Origin: an uncultured Pseudomonadota bacterium
GTDB lineage: Bacteria > Pseudomonadota > Alphaproteobacteria > RF32 > CAG-239
Direction: 5' to 3'
NCBI GenBank assembly: GCA_902799835.1
Contig: CADCCF010000006.1
Coordinates: 25,803-89,802 of the forward strand
DNA: 64,000 nucleotides
Shown: positions 25,181-35,842 of the stretch, piece by piece
Position numbering within the stretch: position 1 is the first letter of the stretch
Layout: every line of letters begins with the position of its first letter
Made by a program: the position numbers and the translations under genes
The notes under the pieces: generated by a model
The model's database searches: none
What the model was told of the DNA's origin: nothing
The model's input: the letters and a program-made list of their open reading frames with translations, nothing else

Positions 25181-26995
25181 TTGATAAATGGAACGATTGT
25201 TGTGGTTAATGCAAAAAAGGTAAAAAAGAAGACAACAAAACGCAGAACTAAACGCACGAAAAAGCATTTCAGTTTGTGGAAGGTGTTTTTGTTGGGGGGA
25301 CTGGTAGCGTTTTTGCTGGTGAGCGCTTATGTTGCTTGGTGCGCTTATACAATGCCGGATATCAACCAAGCAATCAATCGTACTCGCCAACCTTCGACAA
25401 CCCTGATTGCAGAAAATGGTAATGAAATCCACTCTTTCGGGGCAGTCTATTCCGAAATTGTAAAGGCGCGCGATTTGCCCAAACATGTCACAGATGCGGT
25501 TGTATATACGGAAGATAGGCGATTTTATCAGCATCATGGGTTTGATGTTATATCTTTTGCCAGAGCGATGCTGGCTAATTTGTTTGCCGGAAGATATGCT
25601 CAAGGAGGTTCGACCATAACTCAACAAGTGGCAAAGAATCTGTTTTTAACGAATCAAAAAACGGTGTCACGCAAAGTGCAAGAGTTGTTGTTGGCATTTT
25701 GGTTGGAGTATAAATTTACCAAAGAGCAAATTTTATCATTGTATCTGAACAGAGTTTATTTTGGTAACGGAGCTTATGGAATCGAGGCAGCCGCGAATCG
25801 TTATTTTCAAAAAAATTCAGGCGATTTGAACGTGTTGGAAGGAGCTATATTGGCCGGAATGTTAAAAGCCCCGTCCCGCTACAATCCGATTGCCTCCAAA
25901 GAAAGAGCCATGGAAAGAGCTAAAGTAGTTTTGGGAATTCTGCGCGATAACGGCAAACTTAATGATAAAGGTTATAATCAGGCACTCAGGTTGCCGGTCG
26001 GTCGGGAAAAACCGCCCAAGGTTAAGAACGGATTGTATTTTGCCGATGCGGCTTATGCGGAAGTTTTGGAAATTTTGGGAGAGCCGCAAAGCGATATTTA
26101 TGCAATGACAACTTTAGATCAGGAATTGCAAGAAAAAGCTTCAAGTATTTTGCAGAAGAATATTGCTGAAGCGAAAAAAAATAACGTCAATCAGGGTGCT
26201 GTTGTTATTATGGATAAAGATGGTGCAATTAAGGCGATGGTTGGAGGAGTTTCGTATAGCAAAAGCCAGTTTAACAGAGCAATTCAGGCATTACGTCAGC
26301 CGGGGTCGTCTTTTAAGACCATTGTTTATTTGACAGCGGCTGAGAATGGGATGACCGCTAAAGATATGGTTGAGGATAAGCCTATAAATATTAAAGGGTG
26401 GAAGCCGGAGAATCATGATAAAAAATATTATGGTGAAGTTACAACACGTTTTGCTTTTGCTCATTCACTGAATTTGGCGACACTTGATTTAGCGCAAAAA
26501 ACCGGAGTGGGCAAAATCAGAAAAATGGCCAAAAAGTTGGGCATAACTACGCCTATAAGCAAAGATTTGTCGATAGCTTTAGGCAGTTCGGCAGTTAAGG
26601 TGATTGATATGGCGTCAGCTTATGCGGTTATTGCCAATGGTGGCTATGCGGTTTGGCCGCACATGGTTGAAGAAATTTATTCTAATGAAGGATATCAACT
26701 TTATCAGAGAGAACCGGTCGAAAAACAGCGAATCGTCGGTGAAGAAGCAGTGATTGTCATGAAAAAGCTAATGCGAGAGGTATTTAAAACCGGCACGGGA
26801 AGATTTGCCAGAATCGATCGGGAAGCTTTTGGTAAGACCGGTACTTCACAGGATAATCGCGATGCTTGGTTTATTGGTTTTGATGATGAGTTGATTACGG
26901 CGGTTTGGGTAGGAAATGACGATAATTCTCCGATGAAGGGAGTTTATGGTTCGGGACTGCCGGCTAAGATATGGCAGCAAATTATGCGCAAATAA
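25181..26995 (+). CDS. Class A penicillin-binding protein (glycosyltransferase GT51 plus transpeptidase)
   Basis: Carries EDRRFYQHHGFD, GGSTITQQVAKN, RKVQELLLAFWLE, the SxxK motif (GSSFKT), the SxN motif (SLN) and KTGTS. The start codon is uncertain: TTG 25181 or a nearby GTG. Confidence 0.9.
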   Translation: MINGTIVVVNAKKVKKKTTKRRTKRTKKHFSLWKVFLLGGLVAFLLVSAYVAWCAYTMPDINQAINRTRQPSTTLIAENGNEIHSFGAVYSEIVKARDLPKHVTDAVVYTEDRRFYQHHGFDVISFARAMLANLFAGRYAQGGSTITQQVAKNLFLTNQKTVSRKVQELLLAFWLEYKFTKEQILSLYLNRVYFGNGAYGIEAAANRYFQKNSGDLNVLEGAILAGMLKAPSRYNPIASKERAMERAKVVLGILRDNGKLNDKGYNQALRLPVGREKPPKVKNGLYFADAAYAEVLEILGEPQSDIYAMTTLDQELQEKASSILQKNIAEAKKNNVNQGAVVIMDKDGAIKAMVGGVSYSKSQFNRAIQALRQPGSSFKTIVYLTAAENGMTAKDMVEDKPINIKGWKPENHDKKYYGEVTTRFAFAHSLNLATLDLAQKTGVGKIRKMAKKLGITTPISKDLSIALGSSAVKVIDMASAYAVIANGGYAVWPHMVEEIYSNEGYQLYQREPVEKQRIVGEEAVIVMKKLMREVFKTGTGRFARIDREAFGKTGTSQDNRDAWFIGFDDELITAVWVGNDDNSPMKGVYGSGLPAKIWQQIMRK

Positions 26996-27072
26996 GTAAA
27001 ATAGTGCTTTTTGTTTGTGAAATATTATATATAATAAGCTCAATTTTTGAAATTTAATGTAAAGAGGAAAAA

Positions 27073-28605
27073 ATGAAACAAAAACCTGTAATGTTATTGA
27101 TATTGGACGGGTGGGGTTATCGTGAAAAAATCACACTGGATAATGCAATTGAAAATGGTAATACACCAAACTGGCATAAATTACTAGAAACTTATCCGCA
27201 CGGATTTGTTGAAACATCAGGTTTAGCAGTAGGTTTGCCGGAAGGACAAATGGGTAATTCCGAAGTTGGACACACCAATTTAGGTGCCGGAAGAGTGGTT
27301 ATGCAAGATTTGCCAAAGATAGATGCCAGTATAAAAGATGGGAGTTTGGCTAAAAGAGAGGTGTTGCAAAACTTGATCGCTAAACTAAAAGCTAATGGCG
27401 GAGTTTGTCATTTGATGGGCTTGATGTCACCGGGCGGGGTGCACTCGGAGCAAAGTCATATGGTGGCATTAGCAAAAATTTTGGCGGCGTCCGGGGTGAA
27501 GGTTGCGGTTCATGCTTTTACTGACGGGCGCGATACACCGCCGGCTTCGGGAGCAGAATTCGTGGCCGAATTCGAAAAAGATGTTGCCGGATTAAAAGAG
27601 GTTAAAATCGCAACGGTTTGTGGCCGATATTATGCCATGGATCGTGATAAGCGCTGGGATAGAGTTGAAAAGGCCTACAATGCAATAGCTTTGGCGCAAG
27701 GTGAAAAATATGCCAATGCAACAGCAGCAATAAAAGCATCTTATGCGCAAGGAGTTACGGACGAATTTATAGTTCCTTGTGTGATTGGTGACTATAAAGG
27801 AATTGAAGATGGTGATGCTGTGTTGATGGCTAACTTCAGAGCTGATCGGGCACGGGAAATTTTGTATGCTTTAGGGGATAAAGATTTTAACTGTTTTGCC
27901 AGACAAAAGGTTTTGAAATTGTCATCTTGTGTCGGAATGACGGAATATTCGGTTGATCATCAGAGATTTATGCAAACAATCTTCCCGCCTGAGCAACTGA
28001 CAAATATTTTGGGCGAAGTTGTATCGCAAAACGGCTTGACCCAACTCAGAATTGCCGAAACAGAAAAATACGCCCATGTGACTTTCTTTTTCAATGGCGG
28101 TGAAGAACGTAAATTTGATGGAGAGGAGCGTATTTTGATTCCTTCACCGAAAGTTGCAACTTATGATTTGAAGCCGGAAATGAGCGTCTATGAAATTACA
28201 GAACAGTTGGTAGCAGCAATCGAAAATCAAAGATTTGATATGATAATTTGCAATTTTGCAAATGGCGATATGGTAGGACATACCGGTATTATGGAGGCAG
28301 CTTTGAAGGCAGTTGCCGCAGTTGATGATTGTTTGGGTAAAGTTGTAGCGGCAATCAAAAAAGTTGGCGGTGTTTTGTTGGTTACGGCTGACCATGGTAA
28401 TGTTGAAAAAATGGTTGATGAAAAAACCGGCCAACCCTATACAGCTCACACTGTCGGAAAAGTACAGTTGGTGCTGGTTAATGACATGAGCGGTGTTAAA
28501 AAATTACATGATGGTTGCTTGGCCGATGTAGCACCTACGATGTTGGAATTGATGGGGCTGCAACAGCCCAAAGAAATGACGGGAAAATCTTTGTTGGAAA
28601 AGTGA
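27073..28605 (+). CDS. gpmI: 2,3-bisphosphoglycerate-independent phosphoglycerate mutase
   Basis: Carries LLILDGWG, GNSEVGHTNLGAGR, FTDGRDTPP and TADHGN. Confidence 0.95.
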   Translation: MKQKPVMLLILDGWGYREKITLDNAIENGNTPNWHKLLETYPHGFVETSGLAVGLPEGQMGNSEVGHTNLGAGRVVMQDLPKIDASIKDGSLAKREVLQNLIAKLKANGGVCHLMGLMSPGGVHSEQSHMVALAKILAASGVKVAVHAFTDGRDTPPASGAEFVAEFEKDVAGLKEVKIATVCGRYYAMDRDKRWDRVEKAYNAIALAQGEKYANATAAIKASYAQGVTDEFIVPCVIGDYKGIEDGDAVLMANFRADRAREILYALGDKDFNCFARQKVLKLSSCVGMTEYSVDHQRFMQTIFPPEQLTNILGEVVSQNGLTQLRIAETEKYAHVTFFFNGGEERKFDGEERILIPSPKVATYDLKPEMSVYEITEQLVAAIENQRFDMIICNFANGDMVGHTGIMEAALKAVAAVDDCLGKVVAAIKKVGGVLLVTADHGNVEKMVDEKTGQPYTAHTVGKVQLVLVNDMSGVKKLHDGCLADVAPTMLELMGLQQPKEMTGKSLLEK

Positions 28606-28608
28606 CTT

Positions 28609-29793
28609 ATGAACTGTAAATCGGCAATTAAGACAATAGTCATGGTAATGTGCGGTGTTGTATGGTTAAGCAATACCGCTAATGCTGAGACTGTTTCAAA
28701 AGCTGATTTGCGAAAAGTTGAAGAACAGGCCAAGCAACAAAGTATAGAACACCAAAAGCTTCAGGAACAGGCCGAAATTATCGGTCAAGAACTTAACAAA
28801 GTTAATAAGGAGATGATATCGGCAGCCCGCGCTATTCAAAATAGCGAAGAAAAATTATCAAAAATGGAAAAGCAATTAGAATTATTGCAGGAAGATTTGG
28901 ATGACACTGAAGCCAAATTTAACAGAGAGGACGCTAATTTAATCAAAACCTTGTCGGCAGTGCAGAACTTGGCAATGCGCCCGACAGAATCGCTGTTGGT
29001 TCAACCGCTATCGCCGGTTGATATTATTCGTAGTGCAATTGTTTTGCGTGAGGCCGTTCCTTATTTGGAAGATAATGCACAAACTATCAGGAAACACTTT
29101 GTTGAAGTTAGTGAGAAAAAAAAGAAAATCGAAAAACAGTTGTTTGAAATTGAAAAACAAAAAAACACTATGCAAAAAGAGCATAATCGGATGAAGAAAT
29201 TGGCTAACGCCAAGGCCGCTTTGAAAAGCAGGGTGGAAGTAAAAAGTGAACAAACTCGCAAAAATATAGACAAGTTGGTTAATCAGGCAAAAGATATTAA
29301 AGATTTGTTGCAAAAGATAGAAAATCAACGAGCAAAAAGAAAATTAGAGGAAAAACAATCTGCTGACTTGATTAAATCGCCACATGATTCTATAAATAAT
29401 ATAGCTAGCGGTTTTGCCAAAGCAAAGGGAAGTTTACCGCTTCCGGTGCGTGGTAACATCATTTCGCAATATGGCGACCAACAAAACAAAGGTGTTTCCA
29501 GTAAGGGATTGACGGTAGCAACTCGTTTGGGAGCTCAGGTTATTTCACCTTTTGATGGAACGGTTGTTTTTGCCGGACCTTTTCGGAGCTATGGTGATAT
29601 GATTATTGTCGAACATGACGGTGGATATTTATCGTTGTTGGCCGGATTGGGTAGTATAGATGTTGAAGTCGGACAAATGCTGTTGGCCGGTGAACCGATA
29701 GGAAGGATGCCTGAAAGTTCTAAGGCTGAATTATATGTGGAAATTCGCAAAAATAATCAGCCGATTAATCCGGCTGCATGGTTTAAAATTTAA
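28609..29793 (+). CDS. Coiled-coil M23/LytM-domain protein, EnvC-like murein hydrolase activator
   Basis: Has a signal peptide and a long coiled coil. The C-terminal LytM fold (FDGTVVFAGPFRSYGDMIIVEHDGGYLSLLAGL ... LYVEIR) has several canonical His positions replaced. Confidence 0.8.
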   Translation: MNCKSAIKTIVMVMCGVVWLSNTANAETVSKADLRKVEEQAKQQSIEHQKLQEQAEIIGQELNKVNKEMISAARAIQNSEEKLSKMEKQLELLQEDLDDTEAKFNREDANLIKTLSAVQNLAMRPTESLLVQPLSPVDIIRSAIVLREAVPYLEDNAQTIRKHFVEVSEKKKKIEKQLFEIEKQKNTMQKEHNRMKKLANAKAALKSRVEVKSEQTRKNIDKLVNQAKDIKDLLQKIENQRAKRKLEEKQSADLIKSPHDSINNIASGFAKAKGSLPLPVRGNIISQYGDQQNKGVSSKGLTVATRLGAQVISPFDGTVVFAGPFRSYGDMIIVEHDGGYLSLLAGLGSIDVEVGQMLLAGEPIGRMPESSKAELYVEIRKNNQPINPAAWFKI

Positions 29794-29810
29794 GGTATGA
29801 GGATTTTAAA

Positions 29811-31103
29811 ATGTTGAAAAAATTTTGGTTGATTGGTGTGGTGTTTTCGATGATGTTGGTACAGAACGGAATGGCGAAAACTGAGACAAAAGAAAAGCCG
29901 GCCAATACCTATGAATTGCTGAATCTGTTTGGCGAGGTGATGGAGCGTACTAAGGCAACCTATGTCGAAGAAGTGTCTGATCAGAAATTAATAGAGGCGG
30001 CAATTAACGGGATGCTTACTTCACTTGATCCTCATTCCAGCTATTTAGATGCTAAAGATTTTAAATATATGAATGAACAAACATCAGGAAAGTTTGGCGG
30101 GTTAGGTATAGAAATAACCATGGAACAAGGTGTGGTTAAAATTGTTTCGCCGATTGATGACACGCCGGCATATCGTGCCGGTTTGAAACCGGGGGATTAT
30201 ATTACCAATATTGACGGTGAAACTATTATAGGTATGACCTTGAACGAGGCTGTTGATAAGATGCGTGGCAAACCGGGAACAAAAGTTAAATTAACTATTC
30301 GCCGAGTTAACGAAAAACCATTTGATGTTACTTTAAAGCGGGAAGAGATAAAAACTCAATCCGTTAAAAGTGAGCTGAAGGATGAAAATGTTTTGTATGT
30401 GCGTTTAGGATCGTTTTCAGAAGATGTAGATAAAGATATTGAAAAAGCCTATAACAAAGCGATGAAGGAAACTAAAAATGAATTAAAAGGTCTGGTTTTG
30501 GATGTTCGCAATAACCCCGGGGGACTGTTGGATCAGGCAGTGGCTGTATCAAGTTTGTTTTTGGATAAAGGTGAAGTTGTTTCGACAAGAGCTCGCAATG
30601 AGGAAGATACACTGCGTTATTCGGCCAAAGGCAAGGATATAACTAACGGTTTGCCGATTGTCGTCTTGATTAATAACGGTTCAGCTTCGGCATCGGAAAT
30701 TGTAGCGGGGGCGTTGCAGGATCATAAGCGTGCGGTGGTTTTAGGCGAAAAATCTTTTGGTAAAGGAAGTGTGCAAACAGTAGTGCCTTTGGGAGATTAT
30801 GGTGCTATGAGAGTTACCACGGCAAGATATTATACTCCGTCCGGAAGATCTATTCAGGCTACCGGTATTGAGCCTGATGTGGTAGTTCATCCGGCAAAAT
30901 TGGAAGAATTTTCTGATGAGTATGGGTTTAGCGAAGCTGAGTATACCAACGCATTGAAAAATGAGACCATACAAGACGAAAAAAAGAAAAATGATAAAAA
31001 AGATGACAATGAAGATGATAATAATTCTTGGCGTAGAGATTATCAGCTGTTGAGAGCGGTTGATTTGGTAAAAGCACTTAATGTTTACAAAGCTGCTAAA
31101 TAA
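29811..31103 (+). CDS. ctpA: Carboxy-terminal processing protease (S41)
   Basis: Has a PDZ region (GGLGIEI), plus DVRNNPGG, NNGSASASEIVAGALQD and GKGSVQT. Confidence 0.9.
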   Translation: MLKKFWLIGVVFSMMLVQNGMAKTETKEKPANTYELLNLFGEVMERTKATYVEEVSDQKLIEAAINGMLTSLDPHSSYLDAKDFKYMNEQTSGKFGGLGIEITMEQGVVKIVSPIDDTPAYRAGLKPGDYITNIDGETIIGMTLNEAVDKMRGKPGTKVKLTIRRVNEKPFDVTLKREEIKTQSVKSELKDENVLYVRLGSFSEDVDKDIEKAYNKAMKETKNELKGLVLDVRNNPGGLLDQAVAVSSLFLDKGEVVSTRARNEEDTLRYSAKGKDITNGLPIVVLINNGSASASEIVAGALQDHKRAVVLGEKSFGKGSVQTVVPLGDYGAMRVTTARYYTPSGRSIQATGIEPDVVVHPAKLEEFSDEYGFSEAEYTNALKNETIQDEKKKNDKKDDNEDDNNSWRRDYQLLRAVDLVKALNVYKAAK

Positions 31104-31112
31104 GGTTGGAAC

Positions 31113-32291
31113 ATGGCGAAGAATTTAGAAAGATATGATAAGCTGGTTATTGTCGGATGCCTGATTGCGGTATTGGTTTTGGGTGTTGGTTATTGGTTTG
31201 CGCAAGAAAAAAGCGAACCGGTATATCTTTCAAAAATTGACCGTTTGATGTTTGATAAGAATAATAAGTCTCCGGCTTATATTTTAACTTTACCTGACAA
31301 AATAGAAATATCTTCGCAAACGCAAGATACGGCAGATGGCACTTCTGATAAGCAGAATATTGTGAAAAATGAAGTTTCTGAAAGTGAAGGTTTTTCATTG
31401 GAAAGCTTAATAGGAAATGTTCCTAATATAGGAAAATTACCTAATAAAAGCGGATTTGTGCCGATGAAAAATGTCGGAATTTTGCCTGAGTTGGTTGAGA
31501 TTAGAGAAGATGGCACTAGTTTGCCCAAAAAAGGGAATGAGGGGCGTAGGGCTTGGATTGAATATGGTAATAATATCAATACATTGCCAAACTTTAAAAA
31601 AATTGCCGTAGTAATAGGTAACTTAGGCTTTGATAGCATGGTGGTTAATAAGGTAGCTTCGGCTTTTTCTTCGGGTTTATCAATGAGCTTTCATCCTTAT
31701 ATGACGCATGGCGTTGATAACATTTCGAGCGCCAGACAAAAAGGGCATGAAACATATATGGATGTATTGCTGGCATCAAAAGATTTTTTAAGGGAAGATA
31801 CCGGCCCGTTGGCGCTGAATTTTGATTTGAATAAAGAAGAATTGTTGACAAGATTACACAAGATTTTGTTTAAACAAGCGCCTATCGGTGGGATTATTAT
31901 TCGAGATGGCGCAATATCATCAGATAAGCAAGAATTGGTCAAATCGCTTTTAGAAGAGGTTAGAGATAGGGGGTTGTTGATGATAGACGCAACATCGTCG
32001 GATGTTATAAATACCATAAAGATCGACTCTTTACCAAGACGACGCGCTGATATCGTTATTAATAAAGATATGACGTCTGAAAGGATTGATGATGAGATAA
32101 AAAAGGCAGAAAATATTGCCTTTGATAAAGGTCAGGTTTTGATTGTTGCTGATGATAAGCCTTTAATAATTGTGAAATTGGCACAATGGATAGATACTTT
32201 TTCTCCGCAGTTGTCATATGAAGAAGCAAAAACTGTCGATATAACAAAGCCGTTTGCTTTAGTGCCGGTCTCTAATTTGGTGGTTGAGTAA
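31113..32291 (+). CDS. Divergent polysaccharide deacetylase (YibQ)-like protein
   Basis: Has an N-terminal TM helix. It follows ctpA, as in many alphaproteobacteria. It carries family-like blocks (IAVVIGNLGFD and LLMIDATSS). Several positions I remember as conserved acidic or His residues look substituted. Confidence 0.6.
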   Translation: MAKNLERYDKLVIVGCLIAVLVLGVGYWFAQEKSEPVYLSKIDRLMFDKNNKSPAYILTLPDKIEISSQTQDTADGTSDKQNIVKNEVSESEGFSLESLIGNVPNIGKLPNKSGFVPMKNVGILPELVEIREDGTSLPKKGNEGRRAWIEYGNNINTLPNFKKIAVVIGNLGFDSMVVNKVASAFSSGLSMSFHPYMTHGVDNISSARQKGHETYMDVLLASKDFLREDTGPLALNFDLNKEELLTRLHKILFKQAPIGGIIIRDGAISSDKQELVKSLLEEVRDRGLLMIDATSSDVINTIKIDSLPRRRADIVINKDMTSERIDDEIKKAENIAFDKGQVLIVADDKPLIIVKLAQWIDTFSPQLSYEEAKTVDITKPFALVPVSNLVVE

Positions 32292-32773
32292 TGGCAAAAT
32301 TTTACCGTGAAAATGTCGGAATAGTTGTCTTTAACAAGGTCGGTAAGGTTTTGTTATGTGCCAGAAGCGATCAAGAAAAAGATTGTTGGCAATTTCCTCA
32401 AGGTGGTGTTGAGAATGGCGAGGATTATAAGATGGCAGCTTTGCGTGAGCTTTATGAAGAAACCGGCATAAAATCCGTAGAATTAATTGCAAAAATTTCA
32501 GAGCCGTTGCGTTATGATTTTCCAAGCAATTTTAAGTTGCCGTTCAAGGGACAGGAACAATATTGGTTTTTGTTTTATTTTAAGGGTGATGATGCGGAAA
32601 TAAATTTTGAAATTAATCCTCGGGAAATAGAATTTAGGGATTATAAATGGGATGATATATCGGAAGCTCCAAAATTGATTGTGCAATTTAAAAAAGAAGT
32701 GTATAATAAAGTTGTTGATTATTTCGAGCCTAAGATTTGTGATTTTTTAGAAGGAAAAGCAAATGGCATATAA
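32291..32773 (+). CDS. rppH: RNA pyrophosphohydrolase (Nudix)
   Basis: Carries YRENVGIVVFN, WQFPQGG and the Nudix box GGVENGEDYKMAALRELYEETG. Its start overlaps the upstream stop (TAATG). Confidence 0.9.
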   Translation: MAKFYRENVGIVVFNKVGKVLLCARSDQEKDCWQFPQGGVENGEDYKMAALRELYEETGIKSVELIAKISEPLRYDFPSNFKLPFKGQEQYWFLFYFKGDDAEINFEINPREIEFRDYKWDDISEAPKLIVQFKKEVYNKVVDYFEPKICDFLEGKANGI

Positions 32774-33317
32774 TTTTGAAAAAGAGCGTAATGAAGTCTT
32801 ACAGGCCGCTAAGGATGGTATCAGAGGAAATCTTAAACTCAATGGAAAGCAAAAAAAATATGTAAAAAATTTATTGTTGTTTGCCTTGATGCGCGCTTCG
32901 GCTAATGGTACAGTTACTCCTAAAAATTTTTTGAAATTGGTCAATAAATTATTTAAGGAATCTCTGTTGAAGATTATTGCAGAAGGCGATGATGACGATG
33001 AAGATTGGGATGAAGCATTAAATGTCGAATTGAATAACATTATTGCCAGTGATGAAATGCTAAAGCAAATTGATTTTGATCAAATGCTAACACCGGAAAA
33101 TATTTCAATGTTTCTAAAAGGTGCCACCAATGGTGTTTCACAAACTAATTTGGTTAAAAAGTTGTTAGCTATGCGCGATGCAAAAGCTAATTATCGTGAA
33201 ACTCCAGATGAACGCAAAGAACGTATTCGTCGCCAGAAACAAAATGAAATGTTGCAGCAGCAAATTAGAGGTATGATGATGGAGCGCGGTGGTAGAGGCA
33301 GTCACGAAAGAGGCTAA
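32763..33317 (+). CDS. Hypothetical protein with an acidic stretch
   Basis: 184-aa ORF that overlaps the rppH end by 11 nt. It has an EGDDDDEDWDE tract and a basic C-terminus. Confidence 0.5.
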   Translation: MAYNFEKERNEVLQAAKDGIRGNLKLNGKQKKYVKNLLLFALMRASANGTVTPKNFLKLVNKLFKESLLKIIAEGDDDDEDWDEALNVELNNIIASDEMLKQIDFDQMLTPENISMFLKGATNGVSQTNLVKKLLAMRDAKANYRETPDERKERIRRQKQNEMLQQQIRGMMMERGGRGSHERG

Positions 33318-33318
33318 A

Positions 33319-34680
33319 TCACGCCAGTAAATCAGAAGTTTTGGCTATGTGGTTGGTTACTCGTTTAGAATTTTCATCTAAGTCCATGTTCTCAAATATG
33401 TAAAGTGCATCGTGAAAATATTCCAAGCTTTCTTCCAATAGGCTGTCATCTCGTAAGGTTTTTCCTAAACGATAATATATATTGCCAATGTTTTCTTGGA
33501 TAGTGGCCCATTGGAAAGGATCACGTTTTTCCGTAATGATTTTTTGTTGGTTTTTATAGGCAGTTATTGCCATTTCGGCAATTGCATTGTTGTTTATTTG
33601 CGAACTTAAAACGCTCATTCTTTGACCAAGCAATCCTTCGATTTCAGCCCAAAAATCCGGAAATACGGCATAAGTAAATATCTTTTCAGCTTCGTGCAAA
33701 TTGAAAACGGAATCTCTAAGGACTTGAATGTCATTAATCTGCCGCCAATAATCATAGAGCAGGTTGGATAGTTGATATGATATGAATCCGTAGTTATAAG
33801 GATAAGTATATTTTCCGATGTATTTCTGCGCCAATTGATAGTTTGCAATGGCGGCCTTGTAGTGTTTGGTAATATGATTGGAATTGGTCTTGGATGCCAA
33901 AGTGTGTAATTGTCCGAAATGACTATATATGCAACCCAAATGCATGGTATTTTTTATAAGATCTTGATGACTAATAGCTGTATTAAGAAGCTTGTTGACT
34001 ATCTTAAAGTCTTTTTCCTCAGATGAATTGCGGCAATAAGTCATATAAATTAGAGCCAAAAAGTTCATTATGTAAGGTAAGTATTCTACCGGCATGATTT
34101 TGGCTGAATTGTCGTGAGAAAGGCGGTCGATTATACGTTTTAACAAAAATTTCTGTTGAATTAATTGTTGCTTGGTATGAGCCGGAGATGCCATTATAAT
34201 AATGCCGGTTATCAACTCGATAATGGAATTGGGAAAGTTGGCGGTGTTATCAAAAATATCGGCCGGAAGGTACAGACTGTCAAGCAAGCTTAAAAATGAT
34301 GAATTGTTTTGTTCATATTGCTCAGATGTTTGGAAATTTAATCTAATTTGGTGACCTTCGCGACATCCCCAAATCAGAATATCAGAATTGGTTTTATCAA
34401 GAATCGCTTGACCTTTATCTATAAAATCAAAAAATGTACGACCTTCTAAAGATAGAAAATTTTTGTTAAAAGGCTCATTAAAATAATTTACTTCCAAATT
34501 TTTTTGAGTGCGTAACAAGGCCGTTAATATTTCTCCGGATGAACTATCTAATGTTTCAGCGAATTCAATAACTAAACAGCGATATTTTATATTGAAAGCG
34601 TCTTCATTTTCGCCGGATATTACCTCGTCGGTATCGGTGGGGGATAAAAAGGCGTTTTTGAGAAAGCTTAAAATAGACAT
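33319..34680 (-). CDS. Hypothetical soluble protein with a TPR-like C-terminal half
   Basis: Has repeated helical-pair patterns (AIANYQLAQKYIGKY and IGNIYYRLGKTLRDDSLLEESLEYFHDALYIF). It is translationally coupled (TAATG) to the upstream membrane protein gene. Confidence 0.55.
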   Translation of the reverse strand: MSILSFLKNAFLSPTDTDEVISGENEDAFNIKYRCLVIEFAETLDSSSGEILTALLRTQKNLEVNYFNEPFNKNFLSLEGRTFFDFIDKGQAILDKTNSDILIWGCREGHQIRLNFQTSEQYEQNNSSFLSLLDSLYLPADIFDNTANFPNSIIELITGIIIMASPAHTKQQLIQQKFLLKRIIDRLSHDNSAKIMPVEYLPYIMNFLALIYMTYCRNSSEEKDFKIVNKLLNTAISHQDLIKNTMHLGCIYSHFGQLHTLASKTNSNHITKHYKAAIANYQLAQKYIGKYTYPYNYGFISYQLSNLLYDYWRQINDIQVLRDSVFNLHEAEKIFTYAVFPDFWAEIEGLLGQRMSVLSSQINNNAIAEMAITAYKNQQKIITEKRDPFQWATIQENIGNIYYRLGKTLRDDSLLEESLEYFHDALYIFENMDLDENSKRVTNHIAKTSDLLA

Positions 34681-35747
34681 TATTTATCATCCTTGGGTTG
34701 ATTATCATCATTCTTTTGGAACACCGAAGCGAAAGTCGCCTTTATAGAATTGATAACTTCTTGATTGGTTTCTTTTAGTGTTTGTTTTGGGGTCCTCCAG
34801 TGAATGGTGCGATATTGTTGCCATGCGCAAAACATATATGCAAAAACAGGAAGCGAGAAGGCATTATCGCCATTAACTTGGATAACACCTAATACTATCA
34901 GCAATAAATTTGTCAGCCATATTACACTGGAAATATTTTGTTGAGGGGCTCCGTCAATATATGCTTGATACAATGTTGTATTGTAGGGAATGTTTTGATA
35001 TTTTTCTAGAGGCATAATTTTGCGGAACAGAGCAACGGATGCTTCGGCCATGTAATACATCATAAATATTACGAAACAGGGCAAAAGGTATTCACCGCAT
35101 GATATTAAACCAAACCAGCCTATTATATATCCTAAAATGATGGCACAATCTTGATTAATCGGCTGTGAAAAGCTGCGAACATAGGCAACAATTAACACAC
35201 CGAGCAATGCTGCAGCTGAAATTCCTAATGCTAAAGGAGCCATTCCTATGAAAGTCAATATTATGATGCCCAATGCCGGCGTAATTCCCTGGGACTGAGG
35301 AAAAGGGGATAAACCGGAAATACAGTAAAACCCACCGGAAAACAGCCAAAGGCAAACAGCCGTGATAAACATGTTAAGCCATGCCGGAAGTTCATTACTG
35401 AAATTGATTGCTATACCGGTGTAATACACACTGAATAAACAAGCAATAGCAGTTGAGATTAATAAATATGGTACACTACCTAACAGGACTCCTAATAAAA
35501 TTAAAAGAGAAGCTCCTAAAGGTAACAGATATTGAGTTATTGATAAATCATATACAAAATCATCAGGATTCCAAAAAAATATAGTGGTTGCTGATATGCT
35601 GATTACTGTGGAAAGGGTTATAGCGATAATTGATGATAAAAAATATTCTTCCCAATTTTTTTGTTTGGCAAAATAAAAATGGAAGCCGATTGATAAAATC
35701 ATGCCGATTGCGAAAGCGATTACTGTGTCAATGACAATGGCGCTCAT
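34680..35747 (-). CDS. Polytopic integral membrane protein (at least 9 TM), family unknown
   Basis: Hydrophobic throughout. The track start at 35813 is a TTG. ATG 35783 or ATG 35747 (MSAIVIDTV) is more likely. Confidence 0.55.
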   Translation of the reverse strand: MSAIVIDTVIAFAIGMILSIGFHFYFAKQKNWEEYFLSSIIAITLSTVISISATTIFFWNPDDFVYDLSITQYLLPLGASLLILLGVLLGSVPYLLISTAIACLFSVYYTGIAINFSNELPAWLNMFITAVCLWLFSGGFYCISGLSPFPQSQGITPALGIIILTFIGMAPLALGISAAALLGVLIVAYVRSFSQPINQDCAIILGYIIGWFGLISCGEYLLPCFVIFMMYYMAEASVALFRKIMPLEKYQNIPYNTTLYQAYIDGAPQQNISSVIWLTNLLLIVLGVIQVNGDNAFSLPVFAYMFCAWQQYRTIHWRTPKQTLKETNQEVINSIKATFASVFQKNDDNQPKDDK

Positions 35748-35842
35748 AATGTATAACACCTCGTGGAAACATAACTTAACCATCAATATAAACGAGATGT
35801 TGTTGCACTTCAAGCTTCATTAAGCGGTTATGCTAAACTATT

